In this document: positions 1 to 12,904 of the stretch, in pieces
Layout of the letters: every line of letters starts with the position of its first letter
How positions within the stretch are numbered: the stretch's first letter is position 1
DNA from: Magallana gigas
Taxonomy: Eukaryota
Length of the DNA stretch: 64,000 nucleotides
Assembly: GCF_963853765.1 (NCBI RefSeq)
Contig: NC_088860.1
Span: 25,482,001-25,546,000 of the forward strand
Direction: 5' to 3'
The notes under the pieces: generated by a model
The model's input: the letters and a program-made list of their open reading frames with translations, nothing else
What the model was told of the DNA's origin: nothing
The model's database searches: none
Translations under genes and position numbers: made by a program

Positions 1-896
1 CCCAGAAAAATCCTCGTATCAATTTAATCAAATGAACATGAAAAAGCACAAGTTTATAATAAAGTAAAAGCCAAAAGTTGTATCGAGACGTGTACAACAG
101 TAGTGAAGCCAAGGCAGAGAAACACACAGCCTCGAAAAGAAATATTTTTGTACCATCTAGCCGCGGAACTAAGGGAAGATATTGAAAAGGTTCCATCAAC
201 AGTTAATGACCTAAAATATCGCAATATATGATATCCACCAGGCTTTAATTCATTCAATAAATGGTCTGCGGGCCTCTATTGCGTTAAATAATGCAACATT
301 TTGTGCGTAAAGTGAGGGGAAAAAGTCAAAAGTTTTATTAATACAGCTTGAATGTACTTTTCCGGTTGCTTTAAACGATAAAGAGAAATGTGATGCAATT
401 TTAGCAAGGCAAGCATCTAAGGCCATGTTTGAAAATATTTAAAATGGGTATTATGAAACATTTTAAGAAACTCAGGAAGCATTTTTTGGTCATATTGAAA
501 AAAAAAAACCCAGTTACATTGTTTATCGGAATTTTTAATAAATATACACAAATACCCCAAAGCTTCAATCCTTATATGGCCAGACTCTTCTGTTTTAAAT
601 TCAGCTCAGTAAAAGGAATTTTAAAAATGTCAAATGAATTTTGGTTTGATTAGTGCAGCTGGAGAGTAAGAGAATATGTCAGGCAATTTGCTATATAAAT
701 TTTGTGATATTCCCTGGCTTAAAAGAGTGTAATAAAACACGATTTTCAGAAGACCAAATCAAATTATTCTACTATTTATTTACATTAAGAATGACTCCTT
801 ATGAAAAAAAAAAAAATGAGGCATTTGTGTTAGCGACGGTCTTGATATCAACATAATAGCATAATAGTATAGCATAACTTTTTATTTTTATTTAAC

Positions 897-1093
897 NNNN
901 NNNNNNNNNNNNNNNNNNNNNNNNNNNNNNNNNNNNNNNNNNNNNNNNNNNNNNNNNNNNNNNNNNNNNNNNNNNNNNNNNNNNNNNNNNNNNNNNNNNN
1001 NNNNNNNNNNNNNNNNNNNNNNNNNNNNNNNNNNNNNNNNNNNNNNNNNNNNNNNNNNNNNNNNNNNNNNNNNNNNNNNNNNNNNNNNNNNNN
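897..1093. other. Assembly gap (N run)
   Basis: Run of N in the sequence; ORFs crossing it are artefacts. Confidence 1.
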
Positions 1094-1191
1094 CTCAAAC
1101 AACAAAAAGTTGTTTGAGCATTGGACTTATTCTTTATGTTTATTCATCCCCGGTAACAAGAAAAAGGATTTATTGAAAAATAAATAAATAA

Positions 1192-1192
<1 letters not shown>

Positions 1193-1230
<38 letters not shown>
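1193..1230. repeat. Compound (TA)n(GA)n microsatellite
   Basis: Seen directly. Confidence 0.95.
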
Positions 1231-1231
<1 letters not shown>

Positions 1232-3417
1232 TCAAAGCGAGCTTTATCGTTGCTTTGTTGTCGCTTGTTTTAATTTTGGAGTGTGCCAGTAATATTACCC
1301 CCTTGACAATTCCACGCCTTTTAATAATGCTGCTTCTGACTCAATAAAAGACCGCAAATTAAACTAAAGTGAGTCGATGTAAATAAGATGTAAGTAAGTA
1401 ATATGTTCAATAATTCAAATGAATGCTTAATTTCTCAGTACAAGTAATGAATTCTCATCGAGAGAAAAACAGTAACAACACCACTTGTATTGAGCACAGA
1501 AATATTCAATGAAAATATTGGTATTTAATGATTGATTAATAGATAGTAAAATAATTTTTAAAAAAATGTCATCTCGTTGAAGCAATATTTAATGAATTCA
1601 AGTTTATTGTCATTCTAGCCATTATCTTCTTTTGTATAGTACCGACTGTTAAAGACATCCAATTTTTTGTTCTATTAGTGGCGAAACTCTGTGGCAGATG
1701 TTTTTTTTTTTGTTTTATTGCCTGTTCAATACATTTTCTTCGTTAAATTTCTTATTCTATAAACAAAGACGTTAATGAAGAAGGAAAACGACACTATTAC
1801 CATTTAAGTTAATCTTAGAATCCTCCCTCACTTAGGACACAAAGCTTTCCCATCCTTCCCTCGAAATTTACGATGTGTAACACTACCCTGTTTGTAGGTC
1901 ATTTCATACATCATTTCAATTTACTACTAAAATAACATACACCAACTCAGGTTTTCGCAGCCAATGAAGAAGAAGGTATGGGGGAGGAATATTCAGTTGT
2001 GTCTTGCTGCAGAAGAATCTCTTTAGATGTGACACCTTTTGGAATCTTCATGTCTGAAATTTGACTCCTCTGGTGCGATTTCCTTATATTGGCATTCGCA
2101 TATTGGCAACAAACAGTTAGTGGACATGACCCACCATTCAGGTAAGGTTAATTTAAAGCTAATTATGCTGTATTTGTCCTCCCATATGCTACGTAAGTTA
2201 TCTTACTGAAAAATTGATTATTATAAATAATGTAGTTTTTTCTACTTATATAAAGCGAAATGATAGTGATAAAAAAAATCCCTTTGGCTTCAGCCTGCTT
2301 TAATCCCTACATACGAACACATATTGCTAGGAAAACATTCACTTCTTGTTCATTGATTTCCTTCGTGATCCGTTTGGTTTTGTCATGAGGTTAATTCATG
2401 ATCAATACGTTTGGGGGTTGGATTTTTTATTCTCCATTTTTTTTTCATTCATGCTGCGATGTCGGCCCCAGAGCATTAAGTCTTGTAAATATATACAATG
2501 ATTCATAGGAACTGTCGCCTCTCTAACGCAAAAAGCTATATGCGTCTCGTTGTAAACTTTGCAATAAAATATAAAATATGTTCACCGTTTGCGCACCATG
2601 TTTAGTATGAATTGTACAAAACGTCATTATGATTTCTTTGCCGTTTCTCTATATCCTCCAAGACTTACTACATATTTTACAAATACAGCAGTTTCCCAGT
2701 CTAAATAACTGATGTTCAGTCATAATCAAACTTTGAATAATAAATATATTTAACTTTTTTTTAATTCATATATTTTGCGTTGTCGACTTTAAAGCAAAGG
2801 AGTCCTGAAGTATATTAACATCTACATAAATAGATACATTTGCACACTTAACACTGAGTTTGATCTCTTTATAGCATGCATTTTCTGATCGCATAAGAAC
2901 TGTTTGCCATTATAAACTTCGATGTCCAATTTACCATAATGTGTGTCCTTAAGTAGAAGCTGCTCTCTGGATGATACATGTCCATGTATGTCGATAAAAC
3001 AAATTGATAAAATAGCATTTCTCTTAATCATCTATAAATGGCCGAATCACCTAAATGACCGATTCGACGCAAGTAAGTACATGTACCCTTTATGAAATTT
3101 ATTGAATTGCAATATTCTCACAATGTCTTCATATCATTTTATAAAAAATCAGAACTGTCAATGTTTTATAAATTGATACTCCTACTCTCTAATTGGATTG
3201 TTTTCTCATCCGCTACGTGAACACAACTATATTACAAGTCTAAATGTCAACGCCATCAAGTAAACAGGTTTACGCGCTTTTAATTTAGTGAAATCAAATG
3301 CTTGGGTCTGGCTTGAAAATCGATTTAAATTTTTATGACGTGATTGATGTGTCCAAAAAAAAAACCCCAATCCAGTATTGTCCTAACAGTGATAAGTATG
3401 CTTTATATTTTTATACG

Positions 3418-3418
<1 letters not shown>

Positions 3419-3452
<34 letters not shown>
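3419..3452. repeat. (CA)n microsatellite
   Basis: Seen directly. Confidence 0.95.
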
Positions 3453-3455
<3 letters not shown>

Positions 3456-4129
3456 CACACTTGTTTTCTCCTTCCTACTCTTCTATCAACTGATGAAAAA
3501 AAATCGAAGTAGATTGCAGATCAGTTTTTTTATTCTAAAAGTTTTGAAATTAAAAACAAAATAATGTAACAAAGAAACAAGTTAACTTTTCAGTAACCAA
3601 TCCTTTGAATAGCGGGTCAAGTGAAGTCAATATTTCTGAAGAAGGTCTAAGCGAGTTAAAAAGCAAAATAATGACCGCACATTTATGAGCACAACATTTT
3701 GATCGTTATTGACTTAATGTCTTTAATTTATCGTGTCACATAACTATAAACATGGATATAAAATGATATACATATACTGTAGAAAGCGGTAGGATACCTC
3801 ATCGTCGCAAACCATGTTTTGAGTACAGAAGCTTCCTCAAACAGGGCGATGATGGAGACACAAATGGGTTACCAATGATGATGATACCCAAAAGCGTTAT
3901 TTTCCTCCCTATATAAAAGAAAAAGAAAAAATGATGATTATTTTTATGATATCATAAAAACTTTTTTTTCGTATGAGATTATTATATTTAGGGTAAAATA
4001 AAACTATAATAATGATTTGGAGATACCATACGCGTTCCAAAAAAAGATCATCATGGCAATATAGACATGAAATGATAAGATTAACATTACTTTGGCAAAA
4101 ATTAGACCTTCACTCATCCATGAAAGCAT

Positions 4130-4445
4130 AGACCTAATAAGATCTTTCATCATAAGGACAGCATATGGTGCAATAAAACAATTTTAACGTTAAAAGTACA
4201 TTGTAGACATACAATAAAAAGATTAAATAAGTTTTTAAAAATCTTTACATTACTATGACGGAATATTAAGATCTTCACATTACCACGACCACATAGACCC
4301 ACAATAATAAGATTTTCACAAATGCAACGACAGCTTAGACGCATAATATTAAGATCTTTTATCGCCATAGCAGCTTAGGAACACAATAAAAGATCTTCAC
4401 ATTTTTATTACGGTACAGGCATACAATTATTATACGATCTCCTCA
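4130..4445 (+). repeat. Degenerate ~40-bp tandem repeat
   Basis: Recurrent aagatct(t)cacatt...acaataat units, e.g. aagatcttcacattaccacgaccacatagacccacaataat, aagattttcacaaatgcaacgacagcttagacgcataatatt, aagatcttttatcgccatagcagcttaggaacacaataa. Confidence 0.55.
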
Positions 4446-7418
4446 TCAAAAAGGAAGATATAACTAAGCGGTTTCAATCTGACAACAAAGATATAACTAT
4501 GATTTTAAATCTTAATATTCTGAAATAAAAATGAAATTTTAATATTTTACAAATACAAAATATTTAAATCAATGATTGTAACCCCCCATCCCAAATAATA
4601 ATAATAATGATTAGAAACTAACTAATTAAACAATTTTTTAAAAAAAGCTTGCATTGGAGGTGGTCCGATATCACGACCTGTCGTTTAAAAGTTTTATGTA
4701 AATTCTTGAAACCTTTACAAGGTAAATTATGATAGTAAGTACGCTAGAATTAATCCTTCTGATCAAAACTTAGAAGGAATTGTAAAAGAAGTTTCTATAT
4801 CATACAGCTTTAAAGTACTAACGAAATCAAACATGAGCATTAGCAAGGACATTTTTTGTAATATTTTTTTTTGGCCTTGGGTCAAATAGATCAAAATGAG
4901 TTTAAAAGTTGTCTAGAAAGTAATATTTGTTTTTATTACTCCTGAAACAAAATTAAAGAATAAAATTTTTAAAAAGAACCGAAGCAAAACCAAGAAATCT
5001 AATACCAATCTATCACTCTCCATACGTAATAATTTTTTCTCAAGGAATTTAAATACTTCAAACTGAGTTTATTTATGAGACACGGGGACACTTGTTGGTT
5101 TAAACAATATTAAAACATGTTTGTATGTCTACTGTAGAATTATCTCTTTCTATATGAATATTCAATATTCGATGACTTCAAAGTTAAGACTCAATTTTGA
5201 CATCAAATTACTGGTAAAAGTTTTAATAATGAAATATTTTCAATCTCGGTAATTTTTTAAAAATCCTTATGTACCTTTGTTAAATAGTAGTAGAAAGTAA
5301 TTTGATAAAAAAAAAATATGTGTTCAATTATAGTTCAAAATATTAGCTCGTTCTCCAATGATAATTCCAAAGATTGTTCTTCACAATTCCGACAGATGCT
5401 GTGTTATGCATTGGTTAAAACTATAAAGAAATCATTTCAATTAAATTCAAACATTTCCCCTAAGAATTTCTCTTCAGTTCCTATACACTCTTATCTAAGT
5501 ACCCAAGCAAGAGGGCTTAAGATTCATTTTGAAACACACAAATAATTTTCACAAACAAAAAAAGATATACATCATTCAATGTTTTTGTCCTCTGTGTAAC
5601 ACTCAAACCATCCCATCCACCCGTCACTGGAATCGTTTCATCTAAAAAAAAAAAAAAAATGAAACATCCAATGAGAGTGAAGTGATCGAATTCTCAAGAC
5701 AAAAGTTCAGTTTAGTTTTCTTTCTCTCTCAAAACATTGAAATGCATAAAAAAGTATTCGTAATTGTGTACAGTATTATGAAGAGGCAAGGCCAAACAGA
5801 AAGTAAGTAATTTTCTAGGCAACATTCTTACAATGATATTTAAAATTTGTTTTGAATTTAAAAATACACAATGTCTTAGAAGATTCTTAAATATCATTCA
5901 ATCTGCTATTTTTTGTAAAAATTAATCTCGTAACAATTGATGTAAATAATTGTAAATTGATGTAAATAATTGCTGTATTGTAATAAAATAAAAGAATTAT
6001 ATCACGAAAAGGCTAAATCAAACCGTTTGCATAGTTTACAATACATCATTCATCGTTTATTGCATTGATTGGATTACGAATCCATAATGATATTCATTTG
6101 ATCTTAAATTATATTTTTTTATCTTATATCGAAACGTCAGCTAAAGTGACCGCTTTCTGCCCACACTTTTCGACAGAATTAAAGATATTATGCTTTCAGA
6201 GTTTATACTAGGTGAAGTTTATTTTACAACTTTGCCCTGTCAACAACTTGTCAATAATTACTCGAAAAATTCTATATAATCACTTTGACATTTTTGAAAT
6301 TGTGAAAGAACTAGAGAATAGTGAGTAATGTAGTCTGCTCATTACAAGGAATGCCCTGTGGGATGGAGGCCGCTTAGGTGATAGGCCTTCTTAAATGGTA
6401 GAGAAAGAGCGAGAAAAAGAGAAAGAAAACAGTCAATGAATTCTTGAACTAGTCAAAAATTGGATTGGCAATTTCGTATTACATAAAAATGAAATTTTTC
6501 TGGTGGGCTTTTATTCATTTAGGAAAAATGGCATTAAAATTCCTGTCATTTGTTTAAGTAATGGATTGACATTAATAAAAAGTACTGATCAGACAACTGG
6601 ATATAAAAGAATGGTGTTCAAAGCGCACAGTTAACAAAATAATTATGTAGTTCGATTGTACTTTGTGAAAGTTTCAAATCAAGCAGCATACGCCTCATAG
6701 AAGATATCCTCGTCTTGCTTCTCTTTCTTTTCGTCTGATTAGGCAATGCCAAGTTATGTACTTTAAAAAAGAGAGCTCTATAATTGACCAAAAACCCTCC
6801 GTTCATTTAAGACGATTGATTCATAGCTGATGTCTCCTAACAAAATTCTTATAGCGTCATTGTTTCTTCGTTTTCTTATCTTGTTTGTTTTGCTTCATTT
6901 TATTGTTTATATGTTACCTCCCCAAGTTTTTTTGGTAGTGTCATGTTGAAAATTTTATTTACACCCAATTTTGAATTAAATGTGTGAGTATAAATACAAA
7001 TTTACAACATGAAAATAGAAAGATGGGATTTGCATTGTTCATTTTGACAATATTTGGAAGTTTATGTGGATTTACAATTTACGTTATTAGAATACTGAAT
7101 AATACTGGCAATTTGAATATTGAACTGACAGCATAATGGTATTTTCTATTCGAACAGTGAATAGCGAATACTCCAATTTCTTATTGCCTAGGAAGACTGA
7201 TATTTCTACTTTCTGGATTTAATGCCAGTGCATGAGAGCGAACCTTTTTTTAAATTGAATTTACGTTGGTAAAACTGTCGATGATTTTGAAAAGATGATT
7301 GTTAATATCAAAAAGCATAGCTTAAGTAAAAGAGAACCAGTTGTGGATGATCTACTTTCCTATTATACAAATGTAATAGGAATTGAGGAATCAGCAAATA
7401 AATACATTGAAAACATAA

Positions 7419-7494
7419 GGCTGGACCAAGAATCGACCTGGAACCCCTGTAACTCTAATAAGGAGCTTTTTTTCATCTTTTACTGAAATTCAGC

Positions 7495-7567
<73 letters not shown>

Positions 7568-7667
7568 TTTAAAACAACTGAATTTATACAAAAGGAATAC
7601 AATTTAAAAATTGAATATCAACACACCTAGCACACAGGACCTCTACCATTTAGCTATCCAGGTCGAT
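7419..7667 (-). mobile_element. Degenerate tRNA-derived SINE head, split by a ~170-bp insertion
   Basis: Minus strand: A-box-like gacctggatagctaaatggtagag (7667-7641), then after an insertion a B-box-like tagagttacaggggttccaggtcgattcttggtccagcc (7457-7419). Confidence 0.45.
7497..7564. repeat. (TA)n microsatellite
   Basis: Seen directly. Confidence 0.95.
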
Positions 7668-7754
7668 ATCCATGGTCAAACTATTTCACATGTAAAATCA
7701 ATCAGCTACGACTGAAGAAATAAATAAGCCGACAATATATGTCTCTCCCTCTCT

Positions 7755-7758
<4 letters not shown>

Positions 7759-7822
<64 letters not shown>
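7759..7822. repeat. (CT)n microsatellite
   Basis: Seen directly. Confidence 0.95.
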
Positions 7823-7826
<4 letters not shown>

Positions 7827-9029
7827 GTTGGATTTTCTAAATAGAAAATTTCAGACCATTTTTGGATATAAAAAATTGTTTCCTTGCAAATCTTTAGCAA
7901 AAACTCGATAGAAATCTTTGCATGTTCATTTACATATAATGATACAAGCTTTTTTTGTTAAGTTTTTGTTTTATCACTTGAGATAATATGTGAATCACTT
8001 GAGGTAATATATGACTTTCAGCATTTTACCCCAATCACTTAGGATTGACAAAAGAAGACTAGTAAATTGCAAAAAAGGATGGTTTAAATGTTACTGAAGT
8101 TAAAAAGGTGTCGGTATTGTTAGGAATAAATTTTCTCAAAAAACATTATTCAATATTTATACCACTCGAAGAATAAGTCTAGATTGGGTTTTTTTTTCAA
8201 TACAGATATAACTGTTAACCAAAGGCAATTGATGAAAACATGAGGATCTAGGTGGACTTCATTTAGACAATTTCTGAATATTTCTCAACAGGTTATAACA
8301 TTATGATAAAAAAAAAATAGGCATGCTTATCCATTTTCCATCAAATCTAAAAATGGTCATAAAATATATCGTTGAATAAATCATACGACAGGTTGTGAAT
8401 TTTTACACCTAGCAATTGAATGCAAACAATATGAAATGGTTATTATCTGTCTGTTACATCAGATACTGGACGGTCCGGTTTTATAACCATTACATAGTTT
8501 GTATAAAGTATAATACTTGTTTCCAAATAGTTTTTTATGGTTTTATACATTCTGTGATATGTTACAAATGTTCCGTACAATTATCTTAAGTCAAAGTTGT
8601 TAAACAGCAATGACATACGATTGTCATTAGTTTAGTTTTTTGATAGTTCTTGAGACATATTTTAGGATAAATCTTATATGACAGCTTTCAAAAATTGGTC
8701 CCTTGGTTTTAAGCTTTATCTGGTTGCAAAAATTGATGGCGATTTCATAAGTAACCCTATTCAAAAGTTCTTATTGTTACATGTATTAAAATTTTGAGAG
8801 CATTTGTTTTCTTTAACATTGTATTGTTTTCTTTTCGCCTTCCTGTCCATTACATATCATATACTTAGTATTTGTTCAAGTTCATGTAAATGTTGTCATA
8901 CTTTTTCTTTCCCAATTAAAATCAAAGTACTGAAGTACTTACGGGAGTTGATTTTATCGATTATCATTTTTTAAAATCAACTTATCTTGCATGGCATATT
9001 AGTTTCTAGTCTGTATTTGACTTACGCGC

Positions 9030-9689
9030 TTTTTGGGAGTTGATTTTAATCAACTCTCCTATGCAGTTACTCTGGCAAACCGAAAGTGAAACAGTGTTTG
9101 GACCTAAGCACAAATCATCATCGCTGACAAGACGTAGATCTTGAAATTAATGGATAAATTCGGCGTACTGTATGCTGTACCATTGTTTTCAAATGAAACG
9201 TATTTATAAATACCTTGAAAATAGTCAGATTTCATATAGTACGAACAATTTAATTGTGTTTTTTTTTGTAGTAGTATGTATTCCTATGCCAGAGTTCAAT
9301 ATAGTCTCGTTCAACCAGACGCTCGGCTGTCTCCGTAAATTTCCGACAAGCAGAGTCTCTCTTGGTAGTCGGAGATTAACGGAGACAGCCAAGCGTCTGG
9401 TTGAACGAGGCTAGAGTTCAGTATTGCTTGGATCCAGACGTGTACAATTTTTAGACACATTTCGATTACTGATACACAGTTTGATGGAATTAATTCTATC
9501 TTTAAATATTACACAACATGATTTATATGTGGTTTTCTCGAAATTCTTGTCGGAAAAGTTTGAGAATTCATATTATAAAAATGTGCGTAATTCAAATACA
9601 GATTAGAAACTACTTGCCAGGCAAAATAACATATCGTTGATTTTAAAATTAATAAAATCAACTCCCGACAGTACTTCAGTACTTTGATT
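9030..9689 (+). mobile_element. Non-autonomous Helentron/HINE-like element (inner copy)
   Basis: Starts in a T run. 5' subTIR gggagttgatttt with an adjacent inverted repeat (gagttgatt-tt-aatcaactc); 3' subTIR aaaatcaactccc followed by the hairpin agtac-ttca-gtact and ttgatt. This is the DINE-1/HINE layout (established knowledge). Confidence 0.7.
9302..9413. mobile_element. ~110-bp fold-back MITE
   Basis: tagtctcgttcaaccagacgctcggctgtctccgt...acggagacagccaagcgtctggttgaacgaggcta, a near-perfect palindrome with TA at both ends. Confidence 0.8.
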
Positions 9690-9842
9690 CATTATATGAG
9701 TTTTTAGACTTTTCCAACAAGAATTTCGAAAAACCCATATGAATCATGTTGTGTAATATTTTAAGATAGATTTCAAACTATGTACTAGTAATCGAAACAA
9801 TTCTAAAATCGTATGGATCCAAGCACTATTGATATCGAACTA

Positions 9843-9952
9843 TAGTCTTGTTCAACCAGACGCTCGGCTCCGTTAATCTCCGACAAGCAAGAGAGTCTCT
9901 CTGCTCGTCGGAGATTTACGGAGACAGCTGAGCGTCTGGTTGAACGAGACTT
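9843..9952. mobile_element. ~110-bp fold-back MITE, second copy at the homologous site of the outer element
   Basis: Same palindrome as 9302-9413, with the same flanks in reverse complement (ggatccaagcac.. versus ..ttgcttggatcc). Confidence 0.8.
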
Positions 9953-10471
9953 TACTAAACTCTGTCGTAGGAACACATGAGATTACAAAATATCTAAATT
10001 GTTCGTATGATATAAAATCTAACATCTAACTATTTTCAAAGTGTTTATTATAGATAAGTTTCCTTGAAAAACAATGCTTCAGCATACATTACATCGAATT
10101 TTTCTATTATTTTCAAGAACTAAGTCTTGTCAGCGGTGATGATTTGTGCTTAGGTCCAAACACTGTTTCACTTTCGGTTTGCCAGAGTAACTGCATAGAT
10201 TAAAATCAACTCCCAAAAATCCATTACATGTATATTTATATGTGTACATAGGGTATTTTGGGTATTTTTGTTACTTAGTTATTTAAAACTGTGACTGTGC
10301 GATTAAACATTTACCAAAGTTAGATACTTTTTTCAATACCTAAACGTAAAAATGTCGGTAATACATTAGAGAGTACATTAAAGACGTATTTTCAAGTATT
10401 TACAAGTATATGGTTTGTATGCAGACTTGATAGCTTCTTATTTCACAGCATGTGCATAGTTGGTTCAGAAC

Positions 10472-10858
10472 TGACATTATATAAATAGTGCCTGTTTGGA
10501 AGGGTAACAGTTGAAATTAACACCCTGAGAAAACCATTGTCAACCGACGCGAAGCAGAGGTTGACAATGGTTTTCGATTGGCGTCAATTTCAGCTGTTAC
10601 CGTCCTAAACAGGCACTATTTATTTTATTATGTCTTAAATGTCTTAATTTTAGAGAAAATTTTACTGCTTTTATATAGAAATGACGTGAATTCTACGGCA
10701 AAGCGTAAACGCATATTTCACGCGCATGTAGCAATTCGTTGCGTTACCCGCTGCCAAGTGTGTTGCTAACGCTGAGGGTAATAGAACGGATTATTAACTG
10801 CGTCTATACCAATGAGATTTCAGTATTTAACAAGAAAGTATTATTATATATAATGTCA
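10472..10858 (-). mobile_element. Non-autonomous DNA element with a terminal 143-bp palindrome (family unassigned)
   Basis: Palindrome 10481-10623 (ataaatagtgcctgtttgg...cctaaacaggcactatttat) with apex gcgaagc at 10549-10555. A 12-bp inverted repeat tgacattatata / tatataatgtca at 10472 and 10847 may mark the ends (extent is inference). Confidence 0.65.
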
Positions 10859-12904
10859 TAATAAGTCACAACTTGTCATTAAAACTGCAAGGAACGGCGT
10901 TATATTTATAAATCAGAAGACAATGAACAGTAGTGCATTAAATATGAACAATCTGATGCATCTACGTCATGCTTCATAGATATAATTTTCTTTCTTTTTG
11001 CACACACGTACCTCATTACCCTTTTTACTCTCTCTTGAACTGTTCGCCATGAAGCATTGAAAAATTCATCATAATTCAAGTCGATATTAGGGATGCACAT
11101 TTTGAAAAATCAATGTGTCTATCTAAAGCGTAATGAATGAAAAAATAAAAAAAAATTAAACATTTCAAAAATAGGAACATTTTTAGTTAACCTGTATCAG
11201 CATTCTAGTACCAAAGGTTGATTTTATTTGTTGAAGGAAAAAAGAACCTCTCAATTCTCCAGAGCTTCATGTATATATGCTTAACATACGTTGAACTATT
11301 CTTTGAAAACGGAAATTAAAAGGTTTTTCTTATATAAAAATGAGAGATATCGTGTAATTTGTCAGGTATCAGAGGGTAATGAATCTGGGTTATTAACATG
11401 GTACGTGCCATATCAAAAGAATGCTTCAAAGAAAATTAGTTCTCTTTATTATTCTAACTTAAATAAAAATGGTATTATCCTTAATTTTTGAAGCAATCTT
11501 TCGGAAGGTTTTTGTTCTATATAAGAACAAACTGACTTTACGCAAGTTATCTTTTAAAAAACATCGTTGAATATCTTCATCTAAGCTAGAACAAAGCGAA
11601 AATAAAATTCAACCTTAAGCTTTTTAGCCAAAAAGGGCTATCAAACAAACTGTGTTTTAATTTCAATGAAAAAAAAACTATTTTGAAATTCAATATGAAA
11701 CTTAAAATGTCAATTATTGACAAAAATGAATGACTACTGGACGATAAAACACTACTAATTACATTTACGTTATTATGTATTTGTAACGAAAACAACGAAC
11801 TTTCGCTGAAAAAAACAAAACAAACGTCTTTTAAGTTAGCTACGGTAATTTTTTTAACTATGTATTTGATGAAGTTCAAACATCATCAATGATAATCTTA
11901 TCAATAGTAAATCATTTTTAATTCAAATTATATATGACTGCACACTAATACTTACTCCATTATACAGGTAAAGTAGCAAAAGGTCGGGAAGAGGAGATAG
12001 AGTTCCGTTCCATAGTATCCACAGGTAAATATAGTGCATTCTTTACCAAAAAAATCCTCAGATTGTTGATAATCGAAGTACAGGGCAATTTAAGAAATAT
12101 ATCAATATCTGAAGAACAGGAAAAGCGTATCTGGCAAGATGTCAACCTAATTATTGTGACATGAAATAAATTGAAAATACACTGATAAACAGTTCCTTTT
12201 CAACAAAAGGCAAGTTCTGTTGACCCTGAAGTAGAATTATTTGTGTCAATTCTGCACCAAGAAGAGTAAAAATATAACCCAACAATTTTTACTAGTCTTC
12301 TCTGACCCAACCACAACTCCTCTATCACAGTCTCTTAGTTTTATATTGATAGGAACCTTGAAATAATGTGCACGGAATCCTACGCAAAGACTACGTTCTC
12401 TCACTGTGCAGGTTAATACGGCATTCAAGTTTCGTAGTTAGCTCAAACCAAGTAATTTAAATAAATTTATAGGTAAATGAAGATATCTTTCTAAAGCAAA
12501 ACTGCTCCCAAATTAAAACAAAATATATCCCAATGTACCCTAAAATTTTGATAATTAAAGGGTACAGAAATCATTATTTACTTATTATAGTGCAAGGCAC
12601 CTATAATAACGAACAATTTACACTCAAAGATATAGTATTTAATGTGTCGTGTGTTATGTGAAGTGAAAGAAAACATAGTTAATTACGGTTGTGAATATGA
12701 ATTTTAAAAAAAGTTTCTTTTTATTGGTGCTTCACCAATAATAACACGCGTACTAGAGTTAGTCAGGTTGAAGCAATATTCATTCGGTTGTTCAAAATTT
12801 GCACTGAAAAGTTTTAATTCAGTGCTCGATACGCTGACCTTTCTCGATTCATCTTCAACTCGAATTAAAATCTTAATGAAGCAAATTTTAACTAGAGTTA
12901 CTGT

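Larger units (their letters stand above)
8920..10219 (-). mobile_element. Non-autonomous Helentron/HINE-like element (outer copy, split into 8920-9029 and 9690-10219)
   Basis: Reverse complement of the inner copy 9030-9689. One end is aatcaaagtactgaagtacttacgggagttgatttt (hairpin plus subterminal IR); the other is aaaatcaactcccaaaaa. The two pieces rejoin at the position homologous to 9575-9586. Confidence 0.7.

Noticed and set aside
848-1105. ORFs made mostly of X (also 41308-41601 and 42617-42904)
   Set aside because: They span N gaps.
7023-7137. 37-aa hydrophobic small ORF (MGFALFILTIFGSL...) after a TATAAA
   Set aside because: Hydrophobic short ORFs are common in T-rich DNA; an upstream out-of-frame ATG is present and there is no other support.
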